From NCBI GenBank assembly GCA_964252035.1, contig OZ176203.1: 64,000 nt of DNA, one strand, 5' to 3'. This document shows positions 22,762 through 32,146 of this stretch, one piece after another. Made by a program: the position numbers and the translations under genes. The notes under the pieces were generated by a model. It saw only the letters and a list, made by a program, of their open reading frames with translations, was not told where the DNA came from and made no database searches. Origin of the DNA: Podarcis erhardii (lineage: Eukaryota). Position 1 is the stretch's first letter. Each line of letters begins with the position of its first letter.

Positions 22762-25530
22762 GGATTACCCTCAGTTAAATGGATTACCCTCAGTTAAACG
22801 GCATTGAATGTGTTGGCCTAGTGTGGGGCTCCGAGGTGAGCTTGGCTGTCTGGCTGGTGTACCGGCCACCTAGCACACCAGCAGCCACCCTGTCAGGCCT
22901 GCTGGAGGCGGTGGCTGGCTGGGCCTTGGAGTTCCCTAACCTATTGGTATTGGGGGACTTCAACATCCATGCTGATGCCACTCCCTCCTCACAGGCTCTG
23001 GACCTGGTGTCTTCCATGGCGACACTAGGGCTCTCCCAGTTTGTTTCGGGCCCCACACATCAAGCAGGCCACACGCTGGATTTGATCTTTGGCATCGGTA
23101 TAGATGTGATCATGTTTCCTTCAATGAAGGTGCCATGGTCTGATCACTATGCTCTGAAAGCCAGGATTGACGTTCCACCCCCACCCTGCTTGGGTGGCGA
23201 GCCAATTTGGGCTCGCCCGCAGAGGCTGATGGACCCTGATAGATTCCGTCAAGCCTTGCGGGACCTTTCTCCCCCTGGCGACTCATTGACTGAGCTTGTT
23301 GAGGCCTGGAATACCCAGCTCCTGGCAGCCATCGATGAGATCGCACCTAAGCGCCCTCTGCGACCCCGCAGAAACCGGGCTCCCTGGTTTACCGAGGAGC
23401 TCCGGAAAATGAAGCGGGACCTCAGACGGCTAGAGCGAGTATGGCGGGGTGCCCGTGACGGAGCTTCAAGAACATCTTATAGGGTTTTTATGAAAACCTA
23501 TGAGATGGCAGTGAAGGCCGCTAAGAAGTCCTACTTCTCGGCCTCCATTGCATCCGCTAGCTCTCGCCCGGCGCAATTATTTAGTATAATTCGGTCTTTA
23601 ACGTCCCTTGAAGGACAGCCAAATTTAAATAACAATTCGACACACAGCTGTGAGGCATTCGCGAGCTTTTTTGCGGAGAAGGTCTTGTTGCTCCGCCATG
23701 ACCTCCCTGCCAATTTGGATACAATAAAGGAACTGGAGGCCCCTCGACTGTCCTCGGGTTCAGTATTAGACCACTTTGACTGGATATCCCCAGCTGATGT
23801 GGACAGACTCCTCCGAGCTGGAAAGCCCACCACCTGTCCTCTCGACCCGTGCCCGTCCTGGCTGATTAGAGCGTGTCCAGACGAGGTGCGGGGCCCCCTG
23901 GGGGATATCATCAATCTGTCTCTTGGCGCTGGGACATTCCCAGGGGAACTGAAGGAGGCAGTGGTGCGCCCGCTCTTAAAGAAAACATCATTAGATCCTT
24001 TAGATCTATCCAATTACCGCCCGGTTTCGAATCTTCCATTCCTGGGTAAGGTGATTGAGAGAGCGGTTGCTGAACAGCTTGGTAGGTTTCTGGATGAAAC
24101 ATCAGCTCTGGATCCATTCCAGTCCGGCTTCCGCGCTGGTCATGGGACCGAGACGGCTCTGGTCGCCCTAACAGATGATCTCCGCAGGCAGCTGGATCGA
24201 GGCGGGTCGGGGCTGCTGATTCTTCTAGACCTGTCAGCAGCCTTCGACATGGTCGATCACGAACTCCTAGACCACCGCCTTGCCGACGTGGGGATCCAGG
24301 GCACAGTCCTTCAATGGCTGCGCTCGTTTCTCTCTGGTCGGGGACAGAGGGTGGCGCTTGGGGGGGAATTGTCATCCCGCCACTCCTTGGTGTGTGGTGT
24401 GCCCCAGGGTGCAATACTCTCCCCGATGCTTTTTAACATCTTTATGCGCCCCCTCGCCCAGCTTGTCCGGAGTTTTGGGCTGGGCTGCCATCAGTATGCT
24501 GATGACACCCAACTCTATCTGTTGATGGACGGCCACCCGGACTCGGCCCCAGACACACTGATCAGATGCTTGGAGGCTGTGGCTGGATGGTTTCGTGGGA
24601 GCCGGTTGAAGTTAAATCCTTCGAAGACAGAGGTCCTCTGGCTGGGACGGGACGACTTGGGACTGAGGGGGCAACTCCCATCTCTTGCGGGGGTGCAATT
24701 AGTGCCAGCACCGTCCGTTAAGAGTTTGGGTGTAATCTTCGATACCTCCCTCTCTATGGAGGCGCAGATTGCAGCTATAACAAAGGCGGCATTTTTTCAT
24801 CTCCGCCAAGCTAAGCAGTTGGCTCCTTACCTCTCTCGCCCTGACCTAGCCACTGTGATCCACGCGACGGTCACCTCCAGACTGGATTATTGTAACTCGC
24901 TCTACGTGGGGCTGCCCTTGAGACTGACCCAGAAACTCCAACGGGTGCAGAATGCCGCAGCGAGACTCCTTACGGGGTCTTCGCTTAGAGATCACATTCA
25001 TCCGGTGCTATACAAGCTGCACTGGCTCCCGGTGGAGTACAGGATCAGGTTTAAGGTGCTGGTTTTAACCTTCAAAGCCCTATACGGCCTAGGGCCCTCG
25101 TACCTACGGGACCGCCTCTCCTGGTATGCCCCACAGAGGAACTTACGGTCTTCAAATAAAAACACCTTGAAGGTCCCAAGCCACAGAGAGGTTAGGCTGG
25201 CCTCAACCAGAGCCAGGGCTTTTTCGGCTGCGGCTCCAACCTGGTGGAACGCTCTGTCACAAGAGACAAGGGCCCTGCAGGACTTGACATCTTTCCGCAG
25301 GGCCTGCAAGACAGAGCTGTTCCACCTGGCCTTTTGTTAGGGCGCAGCCTGACTCCCTCCTTTGGCAATCTTTTCAAGACTTTAGCTTATGGTTGCCATT
25401 AATTTTGTTTTTAACTCATTTTTATAATGTTTTATAATGTTGTATTGTTTTAGTGTTGTTAGCCGCCCTGAGCCCGGCTTCGGCTGGGGAGGGCGGGATA
25501 TAAATAAAATTTATTATTATTATTATTATA
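22762..25530 (+). mobile_element. Young 5'-truncated L2-clade LINE
   Basis: 853-codon frame, 3' UTR ending GCCGCCCTGAGCCCGG...GGGCGGGATATAAATAAAAT and a (TTA)n tail. CpGs are retained. Confidence 0.93.
22779..25340 (+). CDS. L2 ORF2: C-terminal half of the APE endonuclease plus a complete reverse transcriptase and C-terminal region
   Basis: Endonuclease motifs VYRPP, GDFN, SDH. RT motifs YRPVSNL, QSGFR, LLDLSAAFD, GVPQGAILSP, YADD. L2-type SRLDYCN and LHWLP. No stops or frameshifts. The ATG is made by the 5' junction duplication. Confidence 0.9.
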   Translation: MDYPQLNGIECVGLVWGSEVSLAVWLVYRPPSTPAATLSGLLEAVAGWALEFPNLLVLGDFNIHADATPSSQALDLVSSMATLGLSQFVSGPTHQAGHTLDLIFGIGIDVIMFPSMKVPWSDHYALKARIDVPPPPCLGGEPIWARPQRLMDPDRFRQALRDLSPPGDSLTELVEAWNTQLLAAIDEIAPKRPLRPRRNRAPWFTEELRKMKRDLRRLERVWRGARDGASRTSYRVFMKTYEMAVKAAKKSYFSASIASASSRPAQLFSIIRSLTSLEGQPNLNNNSTHSCEAFASFFAEKVLLLRHDLPANLDTIKELEAPRLSSGSVLDHFDWISPADVDRLLRAGKPTTCPLDPCPSWLIRACPDEVRGPLGDIINLSLGAGTFPGELKEAVVRPLLKKTSLDPLDLSNYRPVSNLPFLGKVIERAVAEQLGRFLDETSALDPFQSGFRAGHGTETALVALTDDLRRQLDRGGSGLLILLDLSAAFDMVDHELLDHRLADVGIQGTVLQWLRSFLSGRGQRVALGGELSSRHSLVCGVPQGAILSPMLFNIFMRPLAQLVRSFGLGCHQYADDTQLYLLMDGHPDSAPDTLIRCLEAVAGWFRGSRLKLNPSKTEVLWLGRDDLGLRGQLPSLAGVQLVPAPSVKSLGVIFDTSLSMEAQIAAITKAAFFHLRQAKQLAPYLSRPDLATVIHATVTSRLDYCNSLYVGLPLRLTQKLQRVQNAAARLLTGSSLRDHIHPVLYKLHWLPVEYRIRFKVLVLTFKALYGLGPSYLRDRLSWYAPQRNLRSSNKNTLKVPSHREVRLASTRARAFSAAAPTWWNALSQETRALQDLTSFRRACKTELFHLAFC

Positions 25531-27027
25531 GGAATGCAGCCTCAGAGGGAGACTGGGCTTTTATCTGGGGTTTTTTTGGGGGGGGGTGTGGTATGGTTGT
25601 GTTGCAAGTTTAAAAGGCTCAAATGCTATGGAAATGTAACTTTTCTTCAACAGGAAGCTAGCATATTTATAGCCTCATCCTCTTTTTTATGTTTGTGATA
25701 CACAGTTGCATCGTTTCCTTACTCCCTTTATGTCCTGAGATCTACAGTGTAGCATTAAATTTATTTATTATCTTTCTTTGTTGTCGCTTGGCACACATTC
25801 ACTGATGCAAACTATCGTAGACTTGTGTGTTTAGTTTCAAGAAAACTCTTGTTTCCTTTTGTTGAATTGTTTTGTTTTGTTTTTTTGTCACAGTTACCTC
25901 CTAGCATTGCTTAGGTTGCCCTGTGCTTAGTCTTGAAAATGCCCTCTGGAATGGGAATTGTGAGAGCATGTGAGCTTGATCATTTTCAGAGAGGAAGAAG
26001 ACTTTAAACAACACACAAACACACCATCCCGTTTTCAGTGGCTATAACTAATAAATGGGACAAATAACAGTGGAATAAATAATAGTTGAATTCAATGTAT
26101 TTATATAATTTATTATTAACTAAGTATTTTAATATCTAACCTGATCCAAAGGATTGAGCAGAGATAGAAACAACATTAATAATAGGGAGTTGCTTTCTAG
26201 AACTATGAATAAACACAATATCATCTCTCTACTCCTCAACAGTTGTTGCAATGCTAAAATCTTAAGACTGCTTTTTGTTCTTCTTTTGTATACCATAATT
26301 CGTCCCCACCACCACCACTCTCAGCTAAAGATCATCCTGTAAGCTGGTCTGCACATTAAAGCCAAACCATAGAACAAGCCTTATGTTCTTCAGTTAATAG
26401 TAGTTAAGATAACAAAATTGAGATATGAAAATTCTGCTTTAAGGTTAAGAAACAAACTGAAGCAGGTGTTTCACCTTACAGTATTGAGTTGCTCCCTTTT
26501 TATTCCAAGTTTCACATTGGTTTCTTTATGGTAACTCAATGGTTCATGTTCGAAAGTTCTACTAATGCCCTAAATAAGAATAGTGTTAGTGGATATCTGA
26601 CACAGAAAATAAAGCTGGATTGTTATGTACCATTGGTTTTCTTAGTGAGCATGGGTAATACTGGGTTCAGTTTCCCCAACCTAGAATGAACCACTCTTGC
26701 ATGATATTTTTTAACCATCAAGGACCTTGTCTGTGGAGCATTCCTTGCATTTGAGGAGAGTTATTAGCTTATATGATTCTCATTAAACCTCGGGTCAACT
26801 GTAGATAAGTTGTGCGATTATCTTTTAACAGAATGGTGCTGAAATGGAACATGTTCACAATAGTTCCGTTAATTTTTTTTTTTTCTTGAGTCACTTTCAA
26901 TGTAACTCAGTATCAAATATTAATGTATTCATTCTGGTTACAGATAGGTAGCCGTGTTGGTCTGCCATAGTCAAAACAAAAAAATTCCTTCCAGTAGCAC
27001 CTTAAAGACCAACTAAGTCAGTTCTTG

Positions 27028-27065
27028 GTATGAGCTTTCGTGTGCATGCACACTTCTTCAGATAC
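27028..27065 (-). ncRNA. Minimal type I hammerhead ribozyme motif (intact), antisense to PRKX
   Basis: Identical to 495-532 on the - strand. Predicted cleavage between 27032 and 27031. Confidence 0.85.
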
Positions 27066-27098
27066 ACTGAAACAGAAGTTTCCAGACCTTTCTATATA
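27066..27098 (-). promoter_or_regulatory. Candidate TATA box + initiator of the PLE pLTR
   Basis: The - strand reads TATATAGAAAGG...TTTCAGTG. TATATA starts at 27098, exactly 30 nt upstream of the A (27068) of TCAGT. Confidence 0.55.
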
Positions 27099-28025
27099 GT
27101 GAGAAGGTGGGGAGGGGTATTACTCAGAAGTTATAAATAGCAGAAAGATGCTATAAACAAGCTATAAATAGCAGAAAGATGCAGCAAACACACAAGTGGG
27201 AAGAAGGCCTCTTCACACAGAAGTCTTTTTTTAGAAGCAAACAATTAAAATTGGGTATGTTTCTATAGCATGAAAAATACAGATGTTGCTTAAAAACACC
27301 TGTCTTTATGTACTAAACGTATGTGTAAGGTAAAGGAAAGAATGATCCATCTCTAAAGGCTGTGGCACTCCAGAAGTCTTCCAGCTCCCATTATCCCAGC
27401 CTGCCCTTGCAGGATGGGGCTGATGAACTACAGCTTATCCACCCCTGGAATGAGGTTGAGCAATGTGTTTCTAGTAGCCAGCCAGGCACCTTTAAGAAGG
27501 TTACCAGCAGGGCAGTGGAGGTGATTGTTTCCTTCCATCCCTATGATCTGACATTCTGAGAGAAATAGCTTTTCAACATTTGTGCTGTTGCTTAATGACT
27601 GTGGCTGATTTATGTCTGCTCCACACAAATTTGCCACATCATTTTCAAAAGGCTTCTAGGGTAGCAGCTATTGCCATATTTTGGACTAATGACTTCTCCA
27701 AGTTGGGTCTACTTGTCCCTCAAAGTCATCCTGGAGTAGATCCTAAAATCAAAAGAATTCTATAGATGTGTGAGGATTGTTTAAATGTTTAAAACTATTG
27801 CCTGAGGAAGGGGTTGTGTTGACCATCCTTCCCCTGTCCTGTCAGTTAAGATTTGGTAGGCAAAAGGTCACAAAGTCTGCTTGCATTTAGAAAGGAATGA
27901 ATGGGTGAATGTTTTGCCTCTTGGCTAAAGGCAAGAGAGAGAAAACAGTTTTGAAAGGAAACATGGAACTAGTTATATGTTCCTTTGTAGACCAACCTTA
28001 TGCTAGGAGAAATGTGGCTCTAGAG

Positions 28026-28163
28026 TGGACATGGGGAACCTTTAGTTCTCCAGATGTTGCTGAACTACAGTTTCCATAATCCCTGGCTAGTGGCTATGCT
28101 TGCTAGGGCTGATGTGAATTGTAGTTCAGCAACATCTGGAGGACCAAAGTTCCCCCACTCCTG
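28026..28163. mobile_element. Hairpin hAT-type MITE
   Basis: Internal inverted repeat CCAGATGTTGCTGAACTACA / TGTAGTTCAGCAACATCTGG. Perfect 8-bp TSD CTCTAGAG (28018-28025, 28164-28171). Confidence 0.8.
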
Positions 28164-29319
28164 CTCTAGAGGAACAGTGACATCTTCTGTATTTTTCTTG
28201 ATTCTTGCCTTTTGCAGGGCAGGAGATAAATTCAGTACAGTAAATAAATAAAATTAAATAAGTTAGATTGTGTTGTATACTGGTAAACCATAATGCTAAA
28301 CTGCTGAACGTCAAATGATATTTCTTAACCACATTTATTTTTAGTATTTCTCTTTCTGCAGTGACTTGTCAGTCTTAAGTGCCTGAATTAAATTGGAGTT
28401 TTGAGCTCTGTTGCCTACTACTCAGGTTGCTCCAAGTGAAATAGCATGTTTAATATGAGTTTGAAGTAGTATTCATTCAAATCTTCCACAGATGAAATGT
28501 TCTCTGTGATACTCATTTAAACGTTGCTTTGAATTAAGCTGCAGCCCAGCCCATAATTAGGTGCAGCAACTTCATTAAAGGCAGTGGGACTTTCATTTGC
28601 TTACTTTGTGCATGGGATTGTAGCTTTGAACTCTGCTTAGTTTTGCAACATATGTATAATTTTAATAACCGGTGGACTTTGGATCATTTGCCATGGAATT
28701 GCATATTGCTTGTTGGCGTAAGAGAGCTTGCATAGCTCTGACCTGTATGATCCCTGCTCTTCTCTTGCAATATTTCATACTGATGGACAACTTGTGCTCA
28801 AAAGGCCAGTACATATCAGATTTTTGTCTGCAAAACTACATTTTAAAAAGTAAGTAGTTTGGCAACTTAATATCTGCATATGTGTGGTCCAATACACTAC
28901 CAAACCAGTTCAGCAGCATTTTCTCTGAGTTCATGTTCTGCAAGGGACAAAGCGTGGCCAGTGTTGCATTGTGGTAATATCAATGACACAACTGCAAAGT
29001 TTATTCAAGGTTTACTGCTTAACTTCCTCCAGAGTTCTCATGCAATTTTGGGAAATACAGCCAGATGTCTCTCTGTGTTTTCAGTTATTAGTGTGGAACT
29101 GACACTGCAAAGCATGTGCTTTTGTAGAGGAGACAATGCGTATTGCCCAGCCTTGCCAGTCAATCCACAAACATTACTAGCCCCAAATGTTTTTACTTTC
29201 TCATTTGATCACATATAACAAATGAACTCATATGTCTTTTTAGCACAGTTCTTGTTGTTATCTGTGAGTCGCCTTGAGTCATGTGAGGGGAAAAGGTGGC
29301 AAATTGCTACTACTGCTAC

Positions 29320-29322
<3 letters not shown>

Positions 29323-29366
<44 letters not shown>

Positions 29367-29398
29367 TGTTGTTGTTGTTGTTGTTGTTGTTGTTATTA
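29323..29398. repeat. Compound (TTA)n(TTG)n microsatellite
   Basis: Direct reading. Confidence 0.95.
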
Positions 29399-29864
29399 CC
29401 ACCAGTTGTCTAAAAGGTGAAACATATGGCCCACTTTGTCCGGAGGCAGTTCTTACACATGAGTAGAAGCCTGCTGTATGGTGAGACTTGCGCTAGAGCC
29501 CACACATATTTTCCTTGAGATCAATGTGCACAGTTAAAGCTCCAGCATTCAGCTTTCAGGCACCTTTGGCTGAGGTGTGTCTCCAGAGAACACACGTGTA
29601 AAATGGCATTGCCACTGTTATGAAGGCTTCCATACTGGATGCTGATGATATTAGGTACTGCTGTCTCTTCATGAGATCCTGGTTGCATTCCCCACCCCCA
29701 CCCCAGTTTGGCTATGAAGAACATTTTGTACCCTTCTTCTCCCATTAAAAAAGCAATATAAATTAGATGATATGGCTTTCAGGTATTGCTTGCTGATAAA
29801 TAATAAGGCGACCAATAGCTACTAATCATTTGGTTGTGTGATACTTTCGGTGTATGAGGCAATA

Positions 29865-29985
29865 TGCCTCTTAATAGCTGTTGCACTCATGTCCTATTTG
29901 TGTGCTTCTCGTGGGCACCTGGTTGGCCACTGTAAGCACAAGATGCTGAACTAGGTGGCCTTTGATCTGACCCAGTAGGCTTTCT
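29865..29985 (+). mobile_element. CR1-related 3' end fragment
   Basis: GGTTGGCCACTGT...GATGCTG.ACTAG.TGG motif. Reverse-complement similarity to 48693-48880 and 57150-57350. Confidence 0.55.
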
Positions 29986-30888
29986 CTTACGATCATGCAA
30001 AAGCACAAGAAGTTTGAAATTACAGAGATTTTTTAAGCATGATATTTCTTGTCCTTATGAATTTGAATATAATGCTTGTGGTGTCCAGGAACTGTGGTTT
30101 CCTCTCCCTTTCCCAAATCTTCCAAAGCACTTCCCCATTTGCATTTGCAGGTGTAACTTTTTATTGGTTTAGCAACAATAAAATATTATGTTTTAATTGG
30201 TCTGGTACTAAATGTATTAGGTCACAAAGGGTGTCTGTCTGGAGTATTTTGTATATGTCAATCCTGATAGGTTTCAAGTTCCCTGTGCCCAAACAGCCAT
30301 GAGTAAATTCTAAATCTCCTTCCTGTTTAGCTGAATGAGTTCTTATAGGCTTACAAAATTTTGGCAAAGTTGAACTTGTTTGGAATGACAAACATGCTTT
30401 ACTTTTGGAAGATCATAGCTTTGTTCCATATAAGAAACAGAATATCGTTGATGGAATCATGGTTTGTGGTGAGTGAATTTAAAGGAGCAGCTTTGAGTTG
30501 TTTAAGTTCCTGTCACCATGTTTTTGCCTTGCCTGTTAGAAGAATCATGTTCTGTCCCATAAGAATAATTCACTAATTATGTCTTACTGAATTCTGTACT
30601 GTTCTCCCTAATGTGAGCCAGGAGTAGCAATTTGACAATGAATTTGAAGGGGTGTGTGAGAGAGAGAGAGGGGGAGGGGGGGATACATACCATCCTTTTT
30701 TAATTCCACATATTTTTTTTATTTTTTATGCTACAGATGTGTGACCAAGATTACAAACAGAAAAGTAATACTCTTAATAAAGGTTTAAAGTTCTCCAGTA
30801 ATGCTTCAGGGAATATGTTCAAGAGACTCTTGACTGTACTGAAGAGAACAGGATCATACGCTTTTTCCCTTGTGAATGCCTAACCAGT

Positions 30889-31118
30889 TACAGTGGTACC
30901 TCGGGTTAAGAACTTAATTCGTTCTGGAGGTCCATTCTTAACCTGAAACTGTTGTTAACCTGAAGTACCACTTCAGCTAATGGGGCCTCCTGCTGCCGCT
31001 GAGCCGCTGCCGCACAATTTCTGTTCTCATCCTGAAGCAAAGTTCTTAACCCAAGGAGCTATTTCTGGGTTAGCAGAGTCTGTAACCTGAAGCGTCTGTA
31101 ACCCAAGGTACCACTGTA
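30889..31118. mobile_element. Tc1/mariner-type MITE, family A
   Basis: TA TSD on both sides, TIR CAGTGGTACCTCGGGTTA. Confidence 0.92.
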
Positions 31119-31904
31119 TTACAGTATACTGCAAGGAATTTTAGCTTGCCTGGATACAATAGCACCACTAGTAATTTGGGATACACTTTTAAAATGTGTG
31201 GGACTCCTCTGTTTTGGAATGGGCAGAACTTGTTTTGCGACATTCAAATTAGGAAAGAAGGGTGGAGAGCAAGGCATAACTTGGAGACACTTAGCTGCAT
31301 CCTCCTCCCAAGGGTGCATCAGCCTCCTTTCTTGCTGTGCACTTTAATTACTATAGCATGCACTCATTAGTAGATGGACAAGGTGTGGAATGTCTTGCTT
31401 CACATGAGACAGGCTTGAGTAGGAGGTGGGGGAGATGATGAAGGAGAAGGGAGGAAGATCCCCTTCTGATTCCTGCCTTAAAATTGTGTGAGTGAGGTCT
31501 GTCAGTTTCACTTCTGCTGTCAAAACTGGGAAGTGAGACTGACAGGGTTTGACTTCCTTCATAGTGTGAAGTGGAACTTGGAAATCTCAGTCAGTGCTGT
31601 GAGCCAGTTCCCTTCCTAAATTAAGTTATGTATCCAAGCCAAAATGAAACTAAAGGTTTCCTATGTATTTGCTTTGGACTTTTAAGTAACAAATCATTAG
31701 AAAAACAAAATGGAAAGCACAGATAATACAACCAAACATCAACCAAATGTTCACATAATGATATAAAAATGAATGGGAATATTTTTGCTCATCCCAAGTG
31801 ACAGAGGCCAGTCACATTTATACAAACATGTCTTCCATAGCACTCATAACTGTAGTGGACAAAAAAGAGGAGGGGAATTACATCTTCCCCAGAAAAATAT
31901 CTTC

Positions 31905-31945
<41 letters not shown>

Positions 31946-32146
31946 CCCATTTTGCCTCCAAGGAGCTCAAGGTGGTATACATAGTTCTCACCCACTCCAT
32001 TTTATCATCACAAAAACCCAATGGGGTAGGTTAGGCTGAGAGACTGTGACTGGCCCAAGGTCACCCAGTGAGCTTTGTGGTTGAGTGGGGAGTAGAACCC
32101 AGGTTTCCCAGGTCTTAGTCTAGCAATCTAACCACTACACCACACT
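31905..32146 (-). mobile_element. CORE-type (MIR-like) tRNA SINE with (TAA)n tail
   Basis: The - strand starts AGTGTGGTGTAGTGGTTAG (A box), has a B-box-like GGTTCTACTCC, the CORE motif CTGGGTGACCTTGGGCCAGTCAC, an L2-like tail and (TAA)n. Confidence 0.8.

Larger units (their letters stand above)
26941..27130 (-). mobile_element. Penelope-like pLTR fragment, longer copy retaining upstream promoter sequence
   Basis: 26941-27067 is the reverse complement of the 132-bp unit with a few substitutions and one small indel. It extends about 63 bp further upstream. Confidence 0.85.

Noticed and set aside
22532-22798. 30-31-bp repeats as a CRISPR-like array
   Set aside because: Adjacent two-copy duplications without spacers, in a eukaryotic MITE, with no cas genes.
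23110-25377. Alternative-frame and antisense ORFs (78-167 aa) within the L2
   Set aside because: Shadows of the GC-rich ORF2 with no independent motifs.
29222-32039. ORFs with poly-Tyr, poly-Leu, poly-Ile or poly-Asn runs (also 41874-42221)
   Set aside because: Translations of (TTA)n/(TTG)n microsatellites and SINE or LINE tails.
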